Assembly (NCBI RefSeq): GCF_006345805.1
Contig: NC_043017.1
Span: 21,452,001 to 21,516,000 of the forward strand
From: Octopus sinensis
Lineage: Eukaryota
DNA length: 64,000 nucleotides
Direction: 5' to 3'
The translations under genes and the position numbers were made by a program. This document shows, in pieces, positions 13,352-25,760 of the stretch (its first letter is position 1; every line of letters starts with the position of its first letter). Below the pieces are notes generated by a model. That model was given only the letters and a program-made list of their open reading frames with translations, had not been told where the DNA came from and did not search any database.

Positions 13352-13768
13352 GGCGCAGGAGTGGCTGTGTGGTAAGTAGCTTGCTAACCAACCACATGGT
13401 TCCAGGTTTAGTACTACTGCGTGGCATCTTGGGCAAGTGTCTTCTGCTATAGCCCCGGGCCGACCAATGCCTTGTGAGTGGATTTGGTAGACGGAAACTG
13501 AAAGAAGCCTGTCGTATATATGTATATATATATATATAAGTGTGTGTGTATATGTTTGCGTTTCTGTGTTTGTCCCCCCAGCATTGCTTGACAACCGATG
13601 CTGGTGTGTTTACGTCCCCGTCACTTAGCGGTTCGGCAAAAGAGACCGATAGAATAAGTACTGGGCTTACAAAGAATAAGTACTGGGGTCGATTTGCTTG
13701 ACTAAAGGCGGTGCTCCAGCATGGCCGCAGTCAAATGACTGAAACAAGTAAAAGAGTAAAGAGAGTGA
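13352..13768 (+). mobile_element. SINE family A, full length
   Basis: Head, microsatellite and tail all present. Confidence 0.9.
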
Positions 13769-13874
13769 ACCATGCATCAGGTGTCAAAGTGATCATAGAT
13801 CACTATGAGATGAAGTGTTTCTGCTCAAGAACACAACACACCACCTGGTTTAGAAATAATAATAATAATAATAA

Positions 13875-14212
13875 GGTATGCAATAAGGAAGAAAGAAAAG
13901 TCGATAGGTATGACAGGTTAGCTTGGGCGGTAAAACAGTTGTGGTCGATGAAAAAGATGGTAGTGGTACCAATAATTGTTGGAGCCTTGGGAACAGTGAG
14001 TAAAAATCTCGAGAAGTACATGAAACAAATAGGGGCTGCAATAAGGGTGGAGCACTTGCAGCAAACAGCACTGCTTGGAACCACTCGAATACTCCAGAAG
14101 GTGCTCGAAAAATAAGAGGTGTTAAATTAGTTCACTGGTTGTGAACAGCTGACACTGTAGTACATCTCCAGTGTTAGAAGCCATGCAAAGGCAATAATAA
14201 TAATAATAATAA
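13875..14212 (+). mobile_element. R4/Dong-clade (restriction-like endonuclease) non-LTR retrotransposon 3' fragment inside an (AAT)n tract
   Basis: KEERKVDRYDRLAWAVKQLWSMKKMVVVPIIVGALGTVSKNLEKYMKQIG...LQQTALLGTTRILQKVLEK* matches the R4/Dong/Rex6 C-terminal pattern; (AAT)n on both sides (13855-13874, 14193-14212). Confidence 0.8.
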
Positions 14213-14999
14213 ATTCCCTGATGCAGTACCAGACAGTGGCTCTCATGGTTTTTAATCTTAACTGACTGAAAGTGTTATCATGTACATTGTTTTGTCTTGG
14301 TATAAAAGATGGGCTACAGCAAATATTCTGCTCAATACCACAGATTTGCTTGTCAGTTGCTTGACTTTAACCAGTTGTGCATGTCCCTTGGTAGCTGAGG
14401 ATATTTGCATCTCTAATCACAAGTAAAAGTAGTGGGGGAGCATCAAAGCCATGTGTTGAGAGGGATTCTTTGGGGTTTGAATAATTCACCTCTGGCAACA
14501 TGGGTGTTTCATTCAACGTCCTTAAACAGCCCTTCTTACCACACAGTAATGCCTGCACATCTCCTTCTCTCTCCCCTCTTTCTCTCTTTCGTTGCTCATA
14601 CGCAACCATTGTCCATCTTTCTTTTCCTCCAGGATGTCCTAAGGACTGAATGTCTTCTATCTCTCTCTTCCAACGTTCCTCTTCTCAAAGAAAATATTTC
14701 TCCCAGCATTCACTATTTTACCCTCACTCTGCTCTAATGACTCTCCATGTTTGTTTTCATTTGGTTTCCTTGTATGTCTCCACTGTCTTTGACCCTCCAT
14801 ATATCCAAAATTTTATTTTGGTATTTATGGGAGCAACTGTCTTCAAAAACTCATATTGTCGTTGAATGCTAGAAATGAAGAGTAGATAGACAGCCAGCAA
14901 CTGATGAAGGGTCAGTCTTTGTGTTACTTGTCCTGTTTTCCGTTTATCACATTGTTTCCATATTTAACTCATTTGTTTTCATATTTCATGTTGTTTACT

Positions 15000-15385
15000 G
15001 TTGTTGTCATCTTGACTGTGGCCATGCTAGAGCACCGCCTTTTAGTCGAACAAATCGACCCCAGAACATATTCTTTGTAAGCCTAGTACTTATTTTATCA
15101 GTCTCTTTTGCCAAACTGCTAGGGACGTAAACACACCAACATCAGTTGTCAAGTAATGGTGGGGGACAAACAGAGATACACGAACATATACACACACACG
15201 AACATACACACACACACATGTATATATATGATGGGCTTCTTTCAGGTTCCGTCTACCAAATCCACTCACAAGGCTTTGGTCGGCCCGTAGCTATAGTAAA
15301 AGACACTTGCCCAAGGTGCCATGCAATTGGACTGAACCCAGAACTATGTGGTTGGTAAGCAAGCTACTTACCACACAACCACTCT
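15000..15385 (-). mobile_element. SINE family A copy (diverged)
   Basis: Homology to 43-467. Confidence 0.8.
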
Positions 15386-15460
15386 TACAAAATGTTCATG
15401 GACTGTTTCAAATGGAAAGAGACAGCACAAAATCTTAGAGCATTTTTATCCCAGACACAT

Positions 15461-15493
<33 letters not shown>

Positions 15494-15827
15494 GAGTAGT
15501 AGCAGCAGCAGTGATGGCAGGGGCAGGTTTTTTTTTTTGCTTTCTGTTTTTTCTTGTCTATTGGTAATGATAGTACAATGATAGGTTAATGGGGTTAACC
15601 TATTGAATGCTTTCTACAAGTCATCTCCGTTAAACTCCTCTGTTATGACATAGTGAGAATGACAGTAAACATTGACTGAACGCATCCACGTCACCAACAC
15701 CATTTTGTCCATCTTCGTCATCATCCCCATCATCATCTTCGTCGTCGTCGTCACCAAAATCTTCGTTGTCAGTTGTTTGTTAAGCTTGTAAAGTATATAT
15801 AAATAATGCATTAGCAGCTAAAACTCT

Positions 15828-16425
15828 TCATATATATATACATATATATATATATATATTATATATATATATATATATATTTATATACATATATATATAT
15901 ATATTATATTTATATACATATATTATATACATATATATATATATATATTTATATACATATATATACATATATATATATATATATTTATATACATATATAT
16001 ATACATATATATATATATTATATACATATATATATATACATATATATATATATTTATATACATATATATATACATATATATATATATTTATATACATATT
16101 ATATACATATATATATATATTTATATACATATATATATACATATATATATATTATTTATATACATATATACATATATATATACATATATATATACATATA
16201 TATATATAATATATATATACATATACATATATACATATACATATATACATATATATATACATATACATATATATATACATATATATATACATATATATAC
16301 ATATATATATACATATATATACATATATATATTATACATATATATACATATATATATACATATATATACATATATATATACATACATATATATGTATATA
16401 TATATATAAATATAAATATATATAA
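15828..16425. repeat. ~600-bp (TA)n/(TATACA)n compound microsatellite
   Basis: Direct inspection. Confidence 0.95.
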
Positions 16426-16856
16426 ATCCTATGCATTTATTAACGCCAAAATGGTAGGCATATTGACAGGAACTGAATAGAATAACAAAGCTGTCCTTTG
16501 CTTCACCAAATAAACGATGCTTCTCATTTATAACATTTATACTTTTATGTCAGTCGGGGCTGGTGTTCTTTGTCTGAAATCAAGTAGGAATCTGAATCTA
16601 ATTTTTTACCAAATAGTTTAATCTTTGTGATATATCTATCTCTTGCCTCCTGTGTTAGTCACTGGCAGCGGCCATGCTGGAGCAACATCTTGAAGAATTT
16701 TAGTTGAGTGAATCAACCCAAGTACTTCGTTTTTGTTTTTATGGCCTGGTTCTTATTCTATCGGTTGCTTTTGCTGAACTGCTTAGTTACAGGGATGTAA
16801 ACATGCCAACACCGGTTGCCAAGTGGCAGTGGTGGAGGACAAACAGACACACACAC

Positions 16857-16891
<35 letters not shown>

Positions 16892-18974
16892 ACTGTATGT
16901 TTGTGTGTGTGCACATATATATATATACACACACAAAGCACCCATTACACTCTCAAAGTGGTTGGTGTTAGGAAGGGCATCCAGCTGTAGAAAGCCATGC
17001 CAAATCAGACTGGATCCTGGCACAGCCTTCCAGTGTGCCAACCCAGTCAAACCATCCAACCCATGCCGGCATGGACAACGGATGTTAGATCACAATGATG
17101 GTGATGATGATGACAGTAGGCTTCTTTCAGTTACTGTGCACTAAATCTACTCACAAGGTATTGGTCAGACTGAGACTATAGTAGAAGACATTTGCCCAAT
17201 GTAGAACTGAACCAGAAACCATGTCGTTTGTAAGCCGACTTCTTACCACACAGCCACACCTGCACCAATGCATAGGACCTTGCAGAAATGATAACAACAC
17301 TGCCGATTGGAAAACCACCTCAATAAGAAAGAAGATGTTGCTTAAAAGGACATCTTGTCGAGATGACCGCTTCATACATTACGCAGTCACTAACAATTTG
17401 TTACACCGTTACAATGATTGATTTGTCATTGGAAAGCATAGGACATTTAGTGGCGTAAGATTATTGATGTCAAAACAATCGATGTGGAAAGACTAAGTTA
17501 TCTCTGCTCTGATGCAGACAATCTGGTCTCATTTGGTCAGCTACGACAGACGAAACATGAACCAAAGTACTGCTAGGAGTTTGTAATAAATCAACAGCTG
17601 AAGTTCTCCTACATTCTGTTATGTAGGGTTGTGTAAGCATATCTTCACTTTAGATCTATTGTTCTTCCCCAGATACCCTGTATAGTACATTATAAAATGA
17701 AGCAATCCATTAACAAATGATATAAATGGCTCTTAAGTTTGAGAAGAGAGAGAGAGAGAGAGAAAAGCAAAATGACATTGGTATAAAATTATTGGTTGTT
17801 ATTAGTTTTGCTAGCATTAGAATTATTATCTTGGATATCTAACCATGGCATTACCGTATGTAATGGATATAATGCAAAGAACTTAATATAGAAACATCAT
17901 GGTGAAAATAAAAGTGTAGCATTACTTTCGAGGTTCAGTTCTTTGATGCCGTGCATTGTAGTGAGTGTGCCTTAATGATCTTGAGGAGATATGTCAACGG
18001 AGAGCAAACAGCTGGTAGACTCTCCCATATTGAATAGGTCAAAGAATAAAGGGCAAGTGGCAAGCTAATATGGATAATCTCTTCCCAGAGGTAAAAACCA
18101 GGGGAAAAATTAAGTTATAGAGGCATTGGGGACAATTCCAAACTAAATAGACTTTGAAGAGGAAGGTTTTCCCTCAGTGAACATACGACAAGGTACAGCA
18201 AAATCTGAATGGATCCATCTGGAAAGACATAAACAGTGGCAGATTGGCTAGGTAGCCAGCTTGCCCGATGGCAAATGGGTCCCTGCGCCATTAGAATCCA
18301 TATATGGGGGACCATATTAGTATTTAAGTGGCCCATCCCATCAAGTTTGGGAATTTTTTATTCACTCCTGGAAGAATGCATTATTTCAACCTGGCTGTCA
18401 CCCATAATTATGACCCTAGTATCGATCTATTGCATTTCAATCTATTGTAGGGTTAGGGGTGGGGGAAAGGGTATCTTTTTTTCTTCACAAATGTAAATAA
18501 ACCCAATCTGTTTCTTAAACGAGGGACATATTCATACGGCACGGAATGTTTTTTTTACCTCAATAGACGTCAGTGATTGGTTGAAATTGCAGAAATTGAA
18601 GAAAAAACAACAAATATCTTACAAACTATAGAATTTTCTCAATAAAGCCAAGAGAAAAAGATGTTTTATAAACACATTCTACCAGTATACGAAGTTTAAA
18701 ATTTTATTAGTTACCTAGAAATTATGTTAAAAACTGCCGTTCAAACCGAAAAATTCCCACAACTGTTTATATTTACAAAGGCTCAGGCATGGATGTATCC
18801 TTTTATTTGTTTTAGTCATTAGAGTGTGGCCATGCTGGGGCACTGGTTAAGAAGATTGCTTTTTAACCACATGGTTTTGAGTTCAGTTCCACAACATAGA
18901 ACCTTAGTCAAGTGTCTTCTACAAGAGCACTGAGCTGTCCAAAACTTTGTGAGCGGATGATTATACATGTAACA

Positions 18975-19051
18975 GCAGCTTGTCCCCAACGACCAAAGCC
19001 TTGTGAGTGGATTTGGTAGATGGAAACTGAAAGAAGCCCATCGTATATATG

Positions 19052-19089
<38 letters not shown>

Positions 19090-19312
19090 CGTGTATGTTT
19101 GTGTGTCTGTGTTTGTCCCCCTAGCATTGCTTGACAACCGATGCTGGTGTGTTTACGTCCCCGTCACTTAGCGGTTCGGCAAAAGAGACCGATAGAATAA
19201 GTACTGGGCTTACAAAGAATAAGTCCCGGGGTCGAGTTGCTCGATTAAAGGCGGTGCTCCAGCATGGCCGCAGTCAAATGACTGAAACAAGTAAAAGAGT
19301 AAAAAAGTAAAG
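18975..19312 (+). mobile_element. SINE family A, 5'-truncated
   Basis: Body and tail match other copies. Confidence 0.85.
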
Positions 19313-19349
19313 TTACCATATTTCACTTAAGGCTGCGCGTATATAAAAA

Positions 19350-19900
19350 CGAGGAAGGGCTGAAAAGTTCCTGGCTTTGGGCGAAAGAAAATTTATGATT
19401 TTATTCAACACTAGCAGTATCGCCCGGCGTTGCTCGGGTTTGTAAGGGAAATAACTATATAAGCATTTTTAGAGAGTTATAGCCAAAAATTAGCAAAAAA
19501 ATGGAAAAAAAATGATGGTAAATTTTTTTTTAAATCGTTGACTCATCGTAGACATTTTTAGAGAGTTACTTCCCTTATATAATAGCGAAAAAAATGCATT
19601 AAAATGGAAAAAAATTATGGTAAATTTTTTTTTTTAATCGTAGACTCATCGTAGACGCGCGCTAATACCCAGACGGGCTCGATACCTATCTATAAGATAC
19701 CCGGTTTTGGTTAAACTGCACCGCAAAATGTGGGAGTAGTTAGGAATCTAAATCGTAGGAGACAGACACACAACTTGACTTTTTATATATAAAGATATTC
19801 CCCTCTCAGATTCATACGCTTTTTGTAGTGGTCCTTCAGTTATTCTAGGCCCTGTAAAAAAACTCGGAAGGTTGGCACAACCAGGCCTTTCGCAACGACT
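19350..19900 (+). mobile_element. mariner-like MITE interrupted by a Helitron
   Basis: Starts ACGAGGAAGGGCTGAAAAGTTCCTGGC; homologous uninterrupted copy at 33830-34034. Confidence 0.65.
19411..19795 (-). mobile_element. Non-autonomous Helitron (~385 bp)
   Basis: Minus strand 5'-TC...CCCGAGCAACGCCGGG hairpin...CTAG-3', between A and T, no TSD. Confidence 0.85.
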
Positions 19901-19989
19901 TTATTGCCAAGAGCTTTTCAACAGCAGCTCGTACATATATCTGGTATCATATGCACCATTTGTACAATGTGCAGAATATAGAACCTGCA

Positions 19990-20340
19990 TTACTCATACG
20001 ACCCTAACATCAAATCTTCCACAGCTGGGAATCCATGCCATACATCGAACTAGCTCTCTCTATACAAGATTCAAGCTCACAACAAATATATTCAGTGTGG
20101 CGTAATTAATTTCCACAAATGGTCCTGCTCTATTTAACATTATCCCTAAACAAATCAATGAAGAAAAAGATCCCATCATCATCAAAAGATATTTAGTCAA
20201 ATTTCTTCAAGAAATACTAAACAAGCTATCCACACCTGGATATGTGTCAATTTCTTAGGTGAATAGGCCATGATACTACAACATTTGACTTTTAAAAAAA
20301 TGACTTGACAGATTCTATCAAATGGTTCTATTAAGTTAGA
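19990..20340 (+). mobile_element. Decayed CR1/L2-like LINE 3' end
   Basis: Remnant translation GPALFNIIPKQINEEKDPIIIKRYLVKFLQEI...PGYVS resembles invertebrate CR1-group C-termini; boundaries approximate. Confidence 0.5.
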
Positions 20341-20507
20341 CTTGACCCTGGTCAATTTTGACAAAAATGTATCGAACGTTTTAAATGTATGTATGAAACG
20401 TCTTCATACACGTGTGTTCAAAGACGATTACAAATCGAAATAAATTCACTCAAATATATATGTAAACATACAGCTATACGAAGAATTTACATAAGAGATT
20501 ATACATA

Positions 20508-20932
20508 GGCGCAGGAGTGGCTGTGTGGTAAGTAGCTTGCTTACCAGCCACATGGTTCCAGGTTCAGTCCCACTGCGTGGCATCTTGGGCAAGTGTCTTC
20601 TACTGTAGCTTCGCGCCGACCAAAGCCTTGTGAGTGGATTTGGTAGACGGAAACTGAAAGAATCCCGTCGTATATATGTATGTATATATATATATATGTG
20701 TGTGTGTATGTTTGTGTGTCTGTGTTTGTCCCCCCTAGCATTGCTTGACAACCGATGCTGGTGTGTTTACGTCTCCGTAACTTAGCGGTTCGGCAAAAGA
20801 GACCGATAAAATAAGTACTGGGCTTACAAAGAATAAGTCCTGGGGTCGATTTGCTCGACTAAAGGCGGTGCTCCAGCATGGCCGCAGTCAAATGACTGAA
20901 ACAAGTAAAAGAGTAAAAAAGAGTAAGAGTAT
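20508..20932 (+). mobile_element. SINE family A, full length
   Basis: Head, microsatellite and tail present. Confidence 0.9.
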
Positions 20933-21142
20933 AAATGATTCATAAATAGAAATGAAGCAAATTTAGACACTGGCCTCACATTTAATTTGATAAAAGTTGG
21001 TTCGTTGACAACGAAGGTTTGGCATCTCGTCTTCCATGAATTATCAGCTGTTAACATGCGAGGAGGGCACTTGGCTGTTCTAGTGACTCAGTCTCGTCAT
21101 GACTCCTGGGATTTTGTTCTTCTTGGAATGCTTTTTAGGTCA

Positions 21143-21446
21143 GTGGTTCTCAACCGGGGTTCAGATAAAAATTTTTAAGGGTCCATGAAACAAAACAGTA
21201 ATTGGGGAAAATAAAATTTTTTTTTGCTTTAGATGTTTCCATTGCAAGAAACAACTATGTTTCTTTCTCTAACATTTTCCATAGTTCAACCTCCACAAGT
21301 TAACGTGTGAAGAAAGAAAAAAAAAAGGAATTTTGAAAGAAGTTTCTAAAAAAATTAGTGTTTAAACATGGAATTGCTATGTGGACCCACCAGGATAAAA
21401 CAGTAATCGAAGAGATCGATAGAAAAAAAATGGCTGAAAATTCTTG
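21143..21446. mobile_element. hAT-like MITE (degenerate)
   Basis: Left end CAGTGGTTCTCAACC; right end only a degenerate match. Confidence 0.4.
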
Positions 21447-21750
21447 ATTTAGGTTGTCTCAAAAGTTTTATTAGGAGTGGAACAAGTAAATTTTGTTAGT
21501 TTTTCTTTTCCTAATTTATTTAGATTTTCTCTCATTTTTGCTGTCATTGTCCGTTTCATTTTATACAAATTGTATTCTTTCACAGTAATTTTTTTTTAAT
21601 TAATAAAATAACGAAACAAAAAAAAAATTGCAGATAATTTATTAAAAACAAAAAAAATTAAAAACGAAACTCATGGGGTAAAATGAAAATATGAAATTAA
21701 ATTCTGTAGGTGCAGAGGTGGCTGTGGGGTAAGATGTTGGCTTGCCAAAG

Positions 21751-22500
21751 CGGCGAGCTGGCAGAATCGTTAGCACGCTGGGCGAAATGCCTAGCTGTAT
21801 TTCGTCTGTTGTTACGTTCTCTCGGTTCAAATTCCGCCGCGGTCGACTTTGCCTGTCATCCTTTCGGGGTCGATTAAATAAGTACCAGTTACGCACCGGA
21901 GTCGATATAATCGACTTAATCCGTTTGTGTGTCCTTGTTTGTTCTCTCTGTGTTTAGCCCCTTGTGGATAGTAAAGAAATAGGTATTTCGTCTGCCGTTA
22001 CGTTCTGAGATCAAATTCCACCGAGGTCGACTTTGCCTTTCATCCTTTCGGGGTCGATTAAATAAGTACCAGTTACGCACCGGAGTCGATATAATCGACT
22101 TAATCCGTTTGTGTGTCCTTGTTCGTCCCCTCTGTGTTTAGCCCCTTGTGGATAGTAAAGAAATAGGTATTTCGTCTGCCGTTACGTTCTGAGATCAAAT
22201 TCCACCGAGGTCGACTTTGCCTTTCATCCTTTCGAGGTCGATTAAATAAGTACCAGTTACGCACCGGAGTCGATATAATCGACTTAATCCGTTTGTGTGT
22301 CCTTGTTTGTCCTCTCTGTGTTTAGCCCCTTGTGGGTAGTAAAGAAATAGGTATTTCATCTGCCGCTACGTTCTGAGTTCAAATTCTGCCGAGATCGAGT
22401 TTGCCTTTCGATAAATTAAAGTACTAGTTACGTACTGAAGTCGATCTAATCGACTTAATCCCTTTGTCTGCCCTTGTTTGTCCCCTCTATGTAATGGGAT
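21751..22500 (+). mobile_element. SINE family B with one head followed by a ~184-bp body in tandem (~4 units), inserted in a SINE A copy
   Basis: AGGTATTTC junctions at 21981, 22165 and 22349; approximate TSD ATGTTGGCTT(G/C)CCAA on both sides. Confidence 0.85.
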
Positions 22501-23149
22501 CGATCTAATCGACTGGCCCCTTCACCCAAAATTTCGGGTGTTGAGCCTATGTTGGCTTCCCAAGCGCGTGGCTCCGGGTTCTATCCCACTGCGTGACACC
22601 TTCGCTAAATGCCTCATACAATAGCCTCCGGCTGGCCAAAGCCTTGCCGTGTGCTTGACAAATAATCCTGGTGTGTTTACGTCCCTGTGATGAAGCGGTT
22701 CGGCAAACAAACAAAGTACTGGGATCGATATATTTTATTAAAATACTTCAGTACACTACTCCAGCATGACCGCATTCTGAGAGCTGAAACAAGTAAAAAG
22801 ATTTTTAAAAAAGGGTATGCATAAATATAGGCATGTGTGAGTAAATATTTACACACACACACACATATATATATAAACACACATACACATATGCATATAT
22901 AAAAATACATTAGAACATACACACATACACTTTATGCCGTGGAGTTTAAGGTAGGGATTTGGCTGCTATTTCGGACACGCTAGTCCCAAATTTCTGTCCT
23001 TAGACAAATGCTTCCCTCAAACTTACACACCATAAAGTATGTATGTGTATATTATATATATGGCACAGTCATGCCTTTATATATATATATATTTGTATGT
23101 GTGTGTCTTTTAAGGAAAGAACGTAACAGATTAATTAATTAATTTATCA

Positions 23150-24250
23150 ATTAAATGTAAGGTAGGCAAGTAGGGAAACGTCTCCGATCGTAGCTGTTTC
23201 AACGGGAAAAACAACAGAATTTACGTATAAATTCGGGTGATTTCGTTAATTTCCGCCTCTCGGTTACGGGCATTTTGGTTGATGAACGAAATCTTAAAGG
23301 TAAAAAAATTCTTTCGGATTTTTTACGGAAATTAACGAAGTCTGTCTGCTACCACATACGAAAGATTGCCATTTTAAAAGCTGGATCTGATGTCTCTAAA
23401 GTTCTAAACACAACAAACCTATTCATTACATAAGCTTTCGGTCCGTCCCCAAGAGACCGCCTTATCACAAATAATTACAAAGCACAACACACGCGTGTTT
23501 GTTATTTATTTATAGTCCGGTGTGTTTTATTTTATTGAGGCAATAGTGAACTATAGCGTCATAGGTTATAGGTACCCTGCAGGTCTAGTGGCCCGACTGT
23601 AATTTGGTTGAATAGTGTACTATAGGGTCGTGGGTTCTATTGGTACTCTGCAGGTCTAATGACTTGGCTGTAATTTGGTGGAATTGTGTATTATAGCGTC
23701 GTGGGTTATAGGTACCCAACAGGTCTACTGGCCTGTTTGTAATCTGGTGGAATAGTGTACTATAGCGTCATGGGTTACAAGTGCCCTGTTGTCCTAACAG
23801 CTGATATGTAATTTTGTGGAAAAGATTATTATTGTAAAGGACTTTGTTCGGCAATTGGGTTTTTTTCCCTTTTGGCACCCTACATAAAAGGTACCTCCCC
23901 ACCTTCCGACTTTGTTTCGTTATAACTTCCTGAAAAAGGGATACCTTTTATTGATTAAAATTTTCAACAAATATCCTTCGGATGGTGTAGATTCTGATCA
24001 CATCGGAGTTTGTTGTGAAACAGGGTTTTTTTTTCCGGGGGATGACGAGAGGAGTTTCGGAAAAATTCGCACGATTCAACTTTGTTACTTCATAACTTTC
24101 AGAAAAAAGGATATTTCATGCTGAGATTTTCTACAAATACCCTCCAGGTTCTGTAGATTACAATTAAATCGGAATTTTGATGTTTAAAATGAAATTGTTG
24201 TGCTTGTACATCACAATTCTTTTTTCCGAAAATTCAGGGTAAAATAAGCA
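23150..24250. mobile_element. CpG-rich unclassified element, probably a non-autonomous DNA transposon, with an internal ~70-bp tandem array (23542-23820)
   Basis: CpG density well above the flanks; units start at 23542, 23611, 23682 and 23751; repeated ATAACTT..AAAAAGG.ATA motifs. Confidence 0.45.
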
Positions 24251-24414
24251 CGTGCTTAGAGCATCAAGGGAAGGAGGTGGGGCGAGGTTTCTACAGCTGA
24301 ACGCCCTTCCTAAAGCCAACCACTCTGACAGTGTAGTGGGTGCTTTTTACATGCCACCGGCACAGTACTGATTTAATATAAAGGGACGTTTTAAACCTTT
24401 AAATGGCTTATCAT

Positions 24415-25760
24415 CATCAACATCATCATCGTTGAACGTCAGTTTTTCCATGCTAGCATGGGTTGGATGATTTGACTGGGGTCTCGGAAGCCAGGAGGCT
24501 GCACCAAGCTCCAGTCTTATCTGGCAGTGTTTCTACAGCTGGATGCCCTTCCTAACGCCAACGACTCCATGAGTGTAGTGGGTGCTTTTTACATGCCACC
24601 GGGACAGGGGCCTGAGGGGGCTGACCAAGGCCACAATCAGTTGGTGTTTTTTACGTGCCACCGGCATGGAAGCCAGTCAAGGCAGTGCTGGCATCAGCCA
24701 CGTTCGGATGGTGCTTTTTATGAGCCACCAGCATGGGTACCACGACTACAATTTTCATTTGATTTTTATTTTGATGTTGATGTTGATGTACTTGACTCAA
24801 TAGGTCTCCTCAGGCACAGCAGATGACCCTACGGTCCAAGCTAAGCACAGCAGGTTGTCCTGTGATTCAAGGTACTTTGAATGGGCTGAGGCTGGTTATG
24901 TGAAGCTGACGTAGGATAATAATGGCTACTAAGGATACTAAATGCTCTAATGGCTTTGTCTACCATACTATTCCACCACCACGTAACTCTAGGTCTGGAA
25001 GGGACTTTGCACCATCCGCAGACTTGGTCTGTGGCACTCAGTAAGCTGTCCCGTAGGAATATCGAGCTACCTTCTATGTCCGACGTCTGTAGCTCCTCCT
25101 CCCTCTCATCAAATTTCTTGATGAGGATGTCACTAAATCTCTGACCATGTGAAGGGTTCTTTAGCTTCCAAATCCTTCTTTTTGGGATTGGTCTGCTTCT
25201 TGGTATCCTTCTGGCATTGAGCTTAAAGTCACTAATGACTAGCCTATGCTGGGGGGGGGGGTACATTCTTCATCTGGGAGGGTCTTTGTATTTAAGGGCA
25301 ACCCTGCGTCCCACTGTCTAGTGAGGATGAAATCAATCTGGCTAGCAGAGACCCTGACTGGTAGGTTATCAGGTGGCTGTCTGGCTTTCTGAAGTTAGTG
25401 TTGCAGATTAAAAGGTTTCTTGCATCACAGAACTCCAGTAGCCTAGTTCCCTCATCGTTCTGGGCACCAATACCAAGACCCCCGTGTACCCCAGTGAAGA
25501 TACCAGATTCCCACCCAATATACCCATTAAAATCTCCAGCCACAAAGATGAAGTCATTGTCACTCAACTTTGAGGTAGCCTGTAGAAGGGTATCATAAAA
25601 GTGGTCCTTCTGATCATTTGGTAGCCCCGCATGTGGGGCGTAGGTGGAGATGATTGTAGCTGTGCTGTTCTGCAGGACTAGCCTGAGCTGAAGCACTCTA
25701 TCGCATACCCTAACAACCTCTATAACTTTATCTTCTCTGAATAAAATAGAAACCAAAAGG
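24415..25760 (-). mobile_element. RTE-clade LINE remnant: apurinic endonuclease domain joined directly to the 3'UTR/tail (RT region missing)
   Basis: ORF 25292-25756: TIISTYAPHAG...FVAGDFNGYIG...GVHGGLGIGAQNDEGTRLLEFCDARNLLICNTNFRKPDSHLITYQSG; next frame HRLVISDF...TWWWNSMVDKAIRA; then the family 3'UTR and (GAT)n tail at ~24415. Confidence 0.85.

Noticed and set aside
17980-18080. Possible very old CR1-like RT remnant (DLEEICQRRANSW*TLPY)
   Set aside because: Too short and too decayed to support a call.
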